Below, one piece after another: positions 17,017 to 24,070 of a stretch of 24,276 bases of DNA (position 1 is the stretch's first letter; each line of letters begins with the position of its first letter). This DNA is from a virus. Its lineage: Duplodnaviria; Caudoviricetes. Position numbers and translations under genes: made by a program. The notes under the pieces are model-generated. The model was not told the DNA's origin, ran no database searches, and worked only from the letters and a program-made list of their open reading frames with translations. Location: positions 1 to 24,276 of the IMG/VR virus record IMGVR_UViG_3300045000_000032; one strand, written 5' to 3'.

Positions 17017-17402
17017 TGCAGGTTTCCGTCAACCAGCGCGAAATCTGGGCCTTCATGAAGGTCTATGCCGATCAACTGGCGGAATTGTTTCAGCCGCAAA
17101 ATTGCGTGCCGAACAGCATGGTCAACGGTCCGCTGCAGCGCCTCAACGACTTCGCCAAATTATTCGATTACGCGACGGCGCTGGCGGAAATCCCCTCTTA
17201 CAGAAAACTGGAGAAGCGCGACGTGGCAATCGACCTCACCCGGGATGAAGTCTTCAAGCTGATGCGCAGCGCCGCTCAAGAATTGGCGGCGGGACTGGAA
17301 ACTCCATATCGCATCGATACCGGCGCGGCGATCAAGCGCCTCAACGAACTTCAAGCCGTCATGCCGCCATACGTGCGGCCGTCGAACAGCGACGAAGGCT
17401 GA
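17016..17402 (+). CDS. Hypothetical protein with internal duplication
   Basis: TGATG coupling to the endolysin. Two similar helical halves. Confidence 0.7.
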   Translation: MQVSVNQREIWAFMKVYADQLAELFQPQNCVPNSMVNGPLQRLNDFAKLFDYATALAEIPSYRKLEKRDVAIDLTRDEVFKLMRSAAQELAAGLETPYRIDTGAAIKRLNELQAVMPPYVRPSNSDEG

Positions 17403-17439
17403 TATCGCGCAACTGCTTGGAAGGAAAGGTTGGCCCGTG

Positions 17440-17589
17440 ATGGCGGAAGCCTGCAAAGACCCCTGGTGGTCCTATCTCGTCGTCGGCGCGCTCATCGCCC
17501 CGATCATCGCCGGTCCCGTGCTGGCCTACTGGTTCGATAATTCGAGCTGGTTGGCGTTGTGCGGCTTCATCATCCTTTTTCTATCGTAA
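17440..17589 (+). CDS. Small two-TM membrane protein (49 aa; not in ORF track)
   Basis: MAEACKDPWWSYLVVGALIAPIIAGPVLAYWFDNSSWLALCGFIILFLS*. Purine-rich SD AAGGAAAGG. TAATG coupling to the next ORF. Confidence 0.65.
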   Translation: MAEACKDPWWSYLVVGALIAPIIAGPVLAYWFDNSSWLALCGFIILFLS

Positions 17590-17762
17590 TGCGCCGTCTC
17601 ATCGCGCTGCTTTTCGGCCGCTGTGCTGCCCATGGCCGCCGGTTTTGTCGGGGCCGCATGAAGGGCGTGCTTTGGATCGAGATCAAGCTGCGGCTCTACG
17701 CGATGACGCTTTCAATTGTGGGGCCGCCTCTCGCTGAAAAGATTTGGCGAGTGAAACACTAA
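17589..17762 (+). CDS. Basic hypothetical protein (57 aa)
   Basis: ATG overlaps the upstream TAA. MRRLIALLFGRC...KIWRVKH. Confidence 0.45.
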   Translation: MRRLIALLFGRCAAHGRRFCRGRMKGVLWIEIKLRLYAMTLSIVGPPLAEKIWRVKH

Positions 17763-17811
17763 ACCGCCGCGCGACGGCATCGCGTTAATCACCACCATTG
17801 GAGAAAGTAAA

Positions 17812-17982
17812 ATGACAGGCGAACAGGTCTGGGGTGTCGTGCGTACCATTCTGGCCGCGATCGGCGGCTGGGCGGTGACCAAGGGTTATGTGTCCACCGA
17901 TCTTCTGACCGCCATCCTCGGCGGCGCCGGCACGATCTTCGTTGCCGTATGGTCGGTGATCGCCAAGAAGCCCGCCGCCTGA
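17812..17982 (+). CDS. Putative two-TM holin (56 aa; not in ORF track)
   Basis: MTGEQVWGVVRTILAAIGGWAVTKGYVSTDLLTAILGGAGTIFVAVWSVIAKKPAA*. SD GGAG. Resembles the Pam3-gp28-type small holin pattern (R..L...GG..V.KG...WS...K). Confidence 0.8.
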   Translation: MTGEQVWGVVRTILAAIGGWAVTKGYVSTDLLTAILGGAGTIFVAVWSVIAKKPAA

Positions 17983-18203
17983 TGGCAACCGCCCTGGCGG
18001 TCCTGCAGATCGTCGCGGCGCTCGCCGGACTTCTGCGCCAGTTTCTTAACCTGAAACAAAGCGCAGATGACCGGCAGGCGGGGCGGGACGAAACGGCGAG
18101 CAAGGTCAATGCCGAAACCGTGGAGACAAAAGATGCGATGGACAATGTTGCTCGCCCTTCCGATGACGCTGTTGCTGACGGCCTGCGAACCGGGAAGTTC
18201 TGA
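17982..18203 (+). CDS. Putative i-spanin (Rz-like)
   Basis: TGATG coupling to the holin. N-terminal hydrophobic anchor plus a short helical periplasmic part. Overlapped by a lipoprotein gene. Confidence 0.65.
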   Translation: MATALAVLQIVAALAGLLRQFLNLKQSADDRQAGRDETASKVNAETVETKDAMDNVARPSDDAVADGLRTGKF

Positions 18204-18387
18204 GGTCGTCGTCAAGATCGTTTGCGCACGCATCGTCGAATACGACGCCAAGACGCAAGACCGCGCCCTGGCGGAATACAGCGCTCTCCCGGCCGGATCC
18301 GCGCTGCGGTTGTTCATCGGCGACTACAAGCAATTGCGCGACCAGATCAGGGTCTGCCGGGAGCGATCCGCTCCAGCTAAACATTGA
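18133..18387 (+). CDS. Putative o-spanin lipoprotein (Rz1-like)
   Basis: GGAG 7 nt before ATG 18133. MRWTMLLALPMTLLLTAC lipobox. Two further Cys. Starts inside the i-spanin gene in another frame. Confidence 0.75.
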   Translation: MRWTMLLALPMTLLLTACEPGSSEVVVKIVCARIVEYDAKTQDRALAEYSALPAGSALRLFIGDYKQLRDQIRVCRERSAPAKH

Positions 18388-18404
18388 GCGGGGGAATCGC
18401 TGGA

Positions 18405-18749
18405 ATGACTGATGTCGTCACATGGGGAGCCGTGGCCATTGCGATCGGCTCGCTGCTCTCCATCCTGAAGTTCTATGGATCAGCCTCCGACCGCATCGCC
18501 AAGACCGAGGCATCCGCCAAGAGTGCGAGCGAGACTGCGCAGGAAGCCAAGAAAGACGCGCATGAAGCGTCTGAAAAATTGGCCATCCTCGCGGCGTCGT
18601 TCTCGCTCTATCGCGAACAGATCGCCCGGGAATACATTCACCGCGAAGTCATGCGGGAAGTCGAAGAGCGTTTGACGCAAGCGATCGACCGGCTCGGCGA
18701 CCGGCTGGACCGCGTGCTCGAGCGCTCCGAGCGCGAACACAAAAACTAA
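18405..18749 (+). CDS. Membrane-anchored coiled-coil protein (lysis-region hypothetical)
   Basis: N-terminal TM (WGAVAIAIGSLLSILKFY) followed by heptad-rich helix 'YREQIAREY...EVEERL..AIDRLGDRLDR'. Confidence 0.78.
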   Translation: MTDVVTWGAVAIAIGSLLSILKFYGSASDRIAKTEASAKSASETAQEAKKDAHEASEKLAILAASFSLYREQIAREYIHREVMREVEERLTQAIDRLGDRLDRVLERSEREHKN

Positions 18750-18765
18750 CCAGAAAGCATCAGGC

Positions 18766-19176
18766 ATGAAAACCCGCCTTTTACTGGCGGCGCTGGCATT
18801 CGCCGGCGCTGCGAGCGTTGCCCATGCCGACAACAACCCGTTTTCCGGCGCCCGCTCGATCGAGGTGACGATGACCCGCGAGCCGGATCCGGAAACCTGC
18901 GAGGCCTCGCAATACGGCGTCGGCGACGGCTATCAGGGCCGGCGCACGGCATCGGGCGCGATCTTCAACACCTATGCGACGTCGCCCTACACGGTGGCGC
19001 ACCGGACCCGGCCGTTCGGCTCGGTCGTGACCGTGACCAATCTGAAAAACGGCAAATCGATCCGCGCCAAGGTAACCGACCGCGGGCCGTACGTAGCGGG
19101 CCGCTGCGTCGATCTCGGAAGGGCAGCGGCGAATGCGCTCGGCATGGGCGGCACCGCGCGAGTGAGCGTGCAGTGA
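18766..19176 (+). CDS. RlpA-like double-psi beta-barrel protein (lytic transglycosylase family) with signal peptide
   Basis: 'ASQYG...GRRTASGAIF...TVAHRTRPFGSVVTVTNLKNGKSI...VTDRGPYVAGRCVDL'. Signal peptide ending AHA. Confidence 0.9.
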   Translation: MKTRLLLAALAFAGAASVAHADNNPFSGARSIEVTMTREPDPETCEASQYGVGDGYQGRRTASGAIFNTYATSPYTVAHRTRPFGSVVTVTNLKNGKSIRAKVTDRGPYVAGRCVDLGRAAANALGMGGTARVSVQ

Positions 19177-19283
19177 GGCAGTGGCTCGCCTCGCTGGCGG
19201 TCACGCTGATCGCGGTCGGGGCGATCGTGCTGATGGTGGGCGTGCGCGAATGGCGGCTGTGGCAAAAGGAGAAGCGGAAGTGA
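19173..19283 (+). CDS. Small single-TM peptide (36 aa; not in ORF track)
   Basis: MRQWLASLAVTLIAVGAIVLMVGVREWRLWQKEKRK*. GTGA overlaps at both ends. Confidence 0.6.
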   Translation: MRQWLASLAVTLIAVGAIVLMVGVREWRLWQKEKRK

Positions 19284-19780
19284 CCAACATCTACAGCATC
19301 CTGATCGCGCTTGCCGTGCTCGTCACCTGCGGGCCTCTCGCGATGTACTTAGCCGATAAGGCGGGCATTCCCGACTACGGCTGCAACCCGGATCAAAAAC
19401 CGGGCTGGACGGTGCTTTACATTCTCGCGCTGCTGCCGGCGTCTCTGGCGTTCGGGTTTCTGGCGCTGATGGCGCTGGTCGGTTTCGCCAGCGGCGCGAT
19501 TGCCCACGACCACGCCCGTCCCGATCTCGACGCCTGGTTCAACCGCCTCGCCAGCGGCAAGGGTCTGTGCTGTTCGCTGGCGGATGGTGAAGCCGTCGCG
19601 GATCCCGATTGGGAATCAAAGAACGGGCATCACCGCGTTCGCCTCGGCGTCGAATGGATCGACGTTCCCGACGATGCCGTGATCACCGAGCCGAACCGGG
19701 CGGGGCGCACCATGGTGTGGCCGCTCAAGGGTTATCTCGGCACCACAATCCGCTGTTTCATGCCGGGCAGCATGACGTGA
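19280..19780 (+). CDS. Membrane-anchored/exported Cys-containing hypothetical protein (166 aa)
   Basis: SD AAGGAG, GTG 19280. Two hydrophobic segments, then 'WF..L......CCS.ADG...DW...W.DVPD.AV...PN..G...VW...IRCF.PG' domain. Confidence 0.78.
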   Translation: MTNIYSILIALAVLVTCGPLAMYLADKAGIPDYGCNPDQKPGWTVLYILALLPASLAFGFLALMALVGFASGAIAHDHARPDLDAWFNRLASGKGLCCSLADGEAVADPDWESKNGHHRVRLGVEWIDVPDDAVITEPNRAGRTMVWPLKGYLGTTIRCFMPGSMT

Positions 19781-20217
19781 GCAAGCTGCCTGTTCGCATC
19801 AAGGAGCGCCGCAAGAAGTTTTGCTATGTCGGCGTGCCGGCGGTCTTCAAACTCGCACAGGCCTGTTGGCAGATCAACCAGGCGTGGAGTCATTTGGACG
19901 GTTTCGGTTGTTACCTGGTCGGCTCCTGTCTTGAGCGGCCGGACTTTCGCGACGTCGATGTCCGCATGCTGCTCAAGGATGACGTTTTCCAACGCGAATT
20001 CCCCGATGTCGCATCCATCGACTACGCGACTTGGGAACATGATCCGAAGTGGCTGATCCTCACGGTCGCTATTTCCGAGTGGCTGCGCGCCCAAACCGGG
20101 CTGCTGATCGACTTTCAGTTCCAGCCGCAAAGCTTCGCCAACAAGCGTCATGGCGGCGCGCGTCATGCGATCGGGATGAGCTACGTCTCCAGAAGGAGCG
20201 ACAATGAAACGGACTGA
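19777..20217 (+). CDS. Minimal Pol-beta-superfamily nucleotidyltransferase-like protein (146 aa)
   Basis: GTGA coupling. YLVGS-x8-DVDVR signature and a third carboxylate in LIDFQ. Confidence 0.7.
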   Translation: MSKLPVRIKERRKKFCYVGVPAVFKLAQACWQINQAWSHLDGFGCYLVGSCLERPDFRDVDVRMLLKDDVFQREFPDVASIDYATWEHDPKWLILTVAISEWLRAQTGLLIDFQFQPQSFANKRHGGARHAIGMSYVSRRSDNETD

Positions 20218-20644
20218 TCTCAGCGAAGAAAAGAAACGCGCCATAGCCGATGCGCGATCCTCGATGAGCAGGCTGCGGTCGCGTCCATTGGTCGGACATG
20301 GCGACAGCGTAGCCACCGAAGCTGCGAACGCGATTGAGCTTCTCATCCATGAATTCAGCCAGGAAAACACAGGACTAGAAAACCCAATGCCATTGAGCGA
20401 GCGAGAGATCGGTTTCAACGAGGCCATTGATGCCGTCGCCAAATATCACGGCGACAAATCGGAAGGCTATTACAAAGCGCTACGGCTGATCGCGGATGGA
20501 ACATTTCAGGCGCGGCTGTTGAGCGAGAGCGGATTCCGGCATCGCGAGATGGCCAATGAAATTTACGGCATGCGCAAGCGCACCGCCGAAGAGATCGCGG
20601 AAAATGATCGCATTGACGCGGAAATGGACCGACGGGGAGCATGA
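20204..20644 (+). CDS. Helical hypothetical protein (146 aa)
   Basis: SD AAGGAG. Overlaps the upstream gene by 14 nt. Confidence 0.72.
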   Translation: MKRTDLSEEKKRAIADARSSMSRLRSRPLVGHGDSVATEAANAIELLIHEFSQENTGLENPMPLSEREIGFNEAIDAVAKYHGDKSEGYYKALRLIADGTFQARLLSESGFRHREMANEIYGMRKRTAEEIAENDRIDAEMDRRGA

Positions 20645-20645
20645 C

Positions 20646-20849
20646 GTGACGACGGAGACGCTGAGCACGATCCTCGCCAAGGACGAAGCCGGCGAATTCC
20701 GGCTGTGGGCCTGCCGTGGCTTGGGCAAGGGTTGCGAACGCAACCGGTACCGGCGCCAGCAAAAGCCCTGCGAAGACTGCTTCGGTCCTCTCGACGAAAA
20801 CATGACGCTTGGCCAGGTCGCGGATCTGCTCAAGCGGGGCGATGCGTAA
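20646..20849 (+). CDS. Small putative Zn-binding protein (67 aa)
   Basis: SD GGGGAG, GTG 20646. C-x6-C-x11-C-x2-C. Confidence 0.6.
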   Translation: MTTETLSTILAKDEAGEFRLWACRGLGKGCERNRYRRQQKPCEDCFGPLDENMTLGQVADLLKRGDA

Positions 20850-20903
20850 CCCTGAGTCCGCCACCGGACGGCTTCCGGCTTCTACTGTCAGAGGAGATTG
20901 GCC

Positions 20904-21158
20904 ATGGCCATTCGCTGTAAGATGCGTCTCGACAATGTGTTTCGCCAGCAATGGGGAGGCATCAAGGCCTTCTTCAGCTGCACCTACGATCAGAAGCTCG
21001 CCGACGAGGATGTGGGGTTCCAGAAGGCCACGCCGAGCGGCAATGCGGAGTATGTGATCGACAATCCCAAGGCTGCCGAACAGCTGGAGATCGGCGCTTA
21101 CTATTACGTCGACTTCCATCCCGTGCCGAAGCCGGAGCCCGCAGCAGCGGCGACGTAA
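20904..21158 (+). CDS. Small phage hypothetical protein (84 aa)
   Basis: SD GAGGAG. 'F.KATPSG....IDNP.A...G..YYVDF' motif, a pattern I recognise from phage hypotheticals. Confidence 0.82.
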   Translation: MAIRCKMRLDNVFRQQWGGIKAFFSCTYDQKLADEDVGFQKATPSGNAEYVIDNPKAAEQLEIGAYYYVDFHPVPKPEPAAAAT

Positions 21159-21259
21159 GCAAGAAACGCAAGGCTAGAAAACACCGCCGGTTGGTCCCTC
21201 CCGGTTGACGGCGGTGGGCCTCGCGCGAAGCGATCCGGAACCATCTCCTCGCGCGGGGG

Positions 21260-21299
21260 AGCCCGCAAGGCATGTCCCGCCTTGCGGGCTTTTTTGTTT
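21260..21299 (+). terminator. Intrinsic terminator ending the late/lysis transcript
   Basis: 12-bp stem AGCCCGCAAGGC/GCCTTGCGGGCT, 7-nt loop, followed by TTTTTGTTT. Confidence 0.88.
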
Positions 21300-21454
21300 C
21301 CCGCCCGGCGTGGCGGGGGCCGAAGTGCTTGAACACTTCGAACCACGGGTCAGAGTTTCAACCAGGCCCGCCCGACGTCGAAAGCGCTCATCGTCAGCCC
21401 GCCGGCCGTCACGGTACGGATCCAAGGGTTGCCAATTCGTTGAGCTGCACAAAA
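21300..21454 (+). ncRNA. Candidate structured cis-regulatory leader of the DNA methyltransferase
   Basis: Several GC-rich hairpins, two with complementary loops (TTGAA/TTCAA). See findings. Confidence 0.5.
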
Positions 21455-22303
21455 ATGACTGACGAAAGCTTTCGGGCGGTGACGCCCATCCGGCCCGCCG
21501 CGGCTTACATCGGCGGCAAGCGCAGGCTTGGCGAGCAGCTCGCCAGGCGCATCGAGGCCGTCGAGCACGATACGTATGCCGAACCGTTTGTCGGCATGGG
21601 CGGGGTGTTCTTCCGCCGTCGCTGGGCTGCCAAGCGCGAGGTGATCAACGACATCTCGCGCGACGTCGCCACGCTGTTTCGGATATTGCAGCGGCATTAT
21701 CCGCAGTTCATGGAAACGCTTAAATTCCAGATCGCCTCGCGGCGCGAGTTCGAGCGCCTGTTGGCGTCCGATCCGGACACGCTGACGGATCTGGAACGGG
21801 CAGGGCGCTTTCTCTACCTTCAGCGCCTGGCATTCGGCGGCAAAGTGGCCGGGCGAAGTTTCGGCGTCGACAGCAACGGCCCCTCGCGGTTCGATGTGAC
21901 AAAACTCGGGCCGCTGCTCGACGAGATCCACGATCGCCTCGCCGGCGTCGTGATCGAATGTCTGCCATGGGCGGACTTTGTCGAGCGCTACGATTCCCCC
22001 AAAACGTTGTTCTATCTCGATCCGCCATATTGGGGATTGGAAACCGACTACGGGGCCGGCGTCTTCACGCGCGCCGATTTCCTCCGCCTGGCGATCCGGC
22101 TGTCGTCGATCGCGGGTAGGTTCCTGCTGTCGGTCAACGATGTGCCGGAAACCCGGCAGGCCTTCGCGCGGTTTGGCATCGAAAGCGTGGCGACGCGCTA
22201 CACCATTGCTGGCGGCAAATGGTCCGACGTCGCCGAGATCATCGTCACCGGACCGTCGCCGCACGAAGCGATGCCGCCGGCGCGGGACCTGCTGTCGCTT
22301 TGA
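21455..22303 (+). CDS. DNA adenine methyltransferase (D12 class, orphan; 282 aa)
   Basis: YIGGKRRL, EPFVGMGG (motif I), VINDI, FYLDPPY (motif IV), FLLSVND. No restriction endonuclease nearby. Target site cannot be inferred. Confidence 0.93.
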   Translation: MTDESFRAVTPIRPAAAYIGGKRRLGEQLARRIEAVEHDTYAEPFVGMGGVFFRRRWAAKREVINDISRDVATLFRILQRHYPQFMETLKFQIASRREFERLLASDPDTLTDLERAGRFLYLQRLAFGGKVAGRSFGVDSNGPSRFDVTKLGPLLDEIHDRLAGVVIECLPWADFVERYDSPKTLFYLDPPYWGLETDYGAGVFTRADFLRLAIRLSSIAGRFLLSVNDVPETRQAFARFGIESVATRYTIAGGKWSDVAEIIVTGPSPHEAMPPARDLLSL

Positions 22304-22333
22304 GGACCCCGTCGTCGGCGGCGCGAAGTTTGT

Positions 22334-22355
22334 CCCGCCTCGCGGGCTTTTTATT
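22334..22355 (+). terminator. Weak intrinsic terminator after the methyltransferase
   Basis: CCCGC-CTC-GCGGG stem followed by CTTTTTATT, between convergent genes. Confidence 0.5.
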
Positions 22356-22524
22356 GTCGCGGCGCCGGCGGCGGGCCTTGCTCGATGTCGACGTCGCCGT
22401 CGTGGATATGTTCGAACACCTGGGCGAGCTCGCGCATGTCGAACCACTGCCCGCAGCCGGGGCATTTCATGTGATGATCAGCCTCGGTCTGCGAGATGCC
22501 GTCGGCGTCCCGGCCGGGTTTCAT
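22351..22524 (-). CDS. Small Zn-finger-like protein (57 aa)
   Basis: MKPGRDADG...CPGCGQWFDMRELAQVFEHIH (CxxC...HxH). ATGA coupling with the ligase stop. Confidence 0.75.
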   Translation of the reverse strand: MKPGRDADGISQTEADHHMKCPGCGQWFDMRELAQVFEHIHDGDVDIEQGPPPAPRQ

Positions 22525-23126
22525 GAGAACGTATCCTTGACCCTGTGCATCGCGGGATGCTGCCGGTTCTTGACCTTGACCCAATGATCGCAGCGGCCGG
22601 CGCGGTACTGCCGATCGGCGCGCTTGGACACCAGCCCCTCGAGGCCAAGGCCGCAGGCGGCGCGGAACAGGTCCGGCCCGATCTCGCCTTGCTCGAACGG
22701 TGCCACGAAGATGCCATCGCTGCGCCGCGCCAGCAGCCGCGCGAGATTTGTCTTTCGCATCGACAGCGGCAGTTTCCGCATATCGTTGCCGTCGCCGGCC
22801 AGCATGTCGAAGGCGTAGAGCTGCACCTCGGCATCGGCCTTGCGCGAGTGCAGGGCATTGAAGTCCGAGACGCCGTCGACGCCGAGCACCACGGCCTCGC
22901 CGTCGATGACGAACTGCGTCTGGCGGATTTTCAGCGCGGTCTCGACGATCCACGGAAAGCGCTGTGTCCAGTCGTGGCCGCCGCGCGTGATCAGCCGCAC
23001 GCGGTCACCTTCCCGCACCACCAACAGGCGGTAGCCGTCATATTTGACTTCGTGAATCCAGTCCGCGCCCGATGGAACCTGTTTCCCTGACGTGGGCAGG
23101 CATGGCTCAAATGATGGTTTTGGCAT
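22521..23126 (-). CDS. ATP-dependent DNA ligase adenylation domain (LigD/LigC-like, no OB fold; 201 aa)
   Basis: Motifs EVKYDGYR, IDGEAV, YAFDML, EGLVSK, WVKVK. Protein ends ~15 aa after motif V. Start reassigned to ATG 23126 (MPKPSFEPCLP). Confidence 0.9.
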   Translation of the reverse strand: MPKPSFEPCLPTSGKQVPSGADWIHEVKYDGYRLLVVREGDRVRLITRGGHDWTQRFPWIVETALKIRQTQFVIDGEAVVLGVDGVSDFNALHSRKADAEVQLYAFDMLAGDGNDMRKLPLSMRKTNLARLLARRSDGIFVAPFEQGEIGPDLFRAACGLGLEGLVSKRADRQYRAGRCDHWVKVKNRQHPAMHRVKDTFS

Positions 23127-23164
23127 GCCGTTTAGATAGGATTTGCCGCCGAAATTGCGAATCG

Positions 23165-23611
23165 TCAGCGGGCGCGCTGGCGCCTTGCCGGCGCCGCCGG
23201 ATCCGGCACATCGCGCGGGCGCAGCGCCACCAGGTCGGGCCGCGCCTTGTTGCGCTCGTCCCGGCACGCCTGGCAGCGCAGCGCCTTGGAAAGCGTGTGG
23301 ACGCCGCGTTCGCGCGGCCAGATCACTTCCGTCAAATCCACCAGGCTTTCGTGGCCGCAGCGGCGGCAGCGCACCTCGAGCAATTCGCGCCCCGCGGCGA
23401 TGGCCTCGGCGATCGTCGGGGAGGGCGCCGCATCGCCGCCGATGAACTGCCGCACGTTCCACTCCTCGCAGGCGAGGCGATGGGCGGCGGCATAGGCCTC
23501 CGCGACCCGGCCGGGCAGCGATGCGTGCGCCTGTTCGGCCAGGCGCAGCTCGCGGACAAAGTGGCGGCGATCGCGGCCGGACATCGGCAGCTGGATGATG
23601 CGCGGGGACAT
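23165..23611 (-). CDS. Zn-ribbon hypothetical protein
   Basis: SPTIAEAIAAG...LEVRCRRC...VDL...LRCQAC (two CxxC). Start at ATG 23611 or 23632. Confidence 0.8.
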   Translation of the reverse strand: MSPRIIQLPMSGRDRRHFVRELRLAEQAHASLPGRVAEAYAAAHRLACEEWNVRQFIGGDAAPSPTIAEAIAAGRELLEVRCRRCGHESLVDLTEVIWPRERGVHTLSKALRCQACRDERNKARPDLVALRPRDVPDPAAPARRQRAR

Positions 23612-23636
23612 GGGGCTTATATAAAGGCCCATGTCC
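23606..23636. promoter_or_regulatory. Inverted repeat around an AT-rich core; candidate operator/promoter
   Basis: GGACATGGG-gcttatataaagg-CCCATGTCC, 9-bp perfect arms, overlapping the start of the leftward gene. Confidence 0.45.
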
Positions 23637-23692
23637 TGGGTCCCGCAATGGGCATATGGAACGGACCTGGCATTAGGCCGTCATTGAAGCGG

Positions 23693-24013
23693 CTAGTAGG
23701 GAATTTTGGCAGCTTCGGAAGTTTGTCCGATCAAATGGACTTGGCGCGCTTCACCATCGATCACGTCGCCGACGTGAGAATAGCGGCGGGCCATGTTCGT
23801 TTCACTTTCACCGACCTTGGTCCACGGCTCCCCCCTCGATCCGTCATCGTTTAGAAATCCAAGCGGTTCCTGGACGCAGACGACAGTGATGATGTCAGGC
23901 GCATAGCCGCCCTCCCAATCGGCTTCCGTTACGCGATGGATGTCAGTGCCATCGCGGGTGACGAGGTCGCCGACCCTGAAGTGTCCGTCCTGGTGTCGCT
24001 CAATCTTGGTCAT
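23693..24013 (-). CDS. Hypothetical protein (106 aa)
   Basis: Protein-like composition. 'FRVGDLV' start suggests a small SH3/KOW-like barrel. Confidence 0.65.
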   Translation of the reverse strand: MTKIERHQDGHFRVGDLVTRDGTDIHRVTEADWEGGYAPDIITVVCVQEPLGFLNDDGSRGEPWTKVGESETNMARRYSHVGDVIDGEARQVHLIGQTSEAAKIPY

Positions 24014-24070
24014 ATCGCGGCTTCGTCATGCATTTTGAGGGAAAATAACGCGAACGGAGCGAAAACGCAC

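Larger units (their letters stand above)
21273..22352 (+). repeat. 22-bp direct repeat flanking the methyltransferase cassette
   Basis: TGTCCCGCCTtGCGGGCTTTTT (21273-21294) vs TGTCCCGCCTcGCGGGCTTTTT (22331-22352); 1 mismatch. Confidence 0.85.

Noticed and set aside
21455-22303. Restriction-modification system or GATC-specific dam assignment
   Set aside because: No endonuclease is adjacent and specificity cannot be read from sequence, so no gene symbol is given.
23127-23648. 174-aa N-terminal extension of the ligase ORF
   Set aside because: Low-complexity Arg/Pro/Ala sequence overlapping the Zn-ribbon gene in another frame. Ligase homology starts at MPKPSFEPC.
23127-23700. Alphaproteobacterial LexA box (GTTC-N7-GTTC) upstream of the ligase module
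   Set aside because: Looked for it by eye and found no convincing match.
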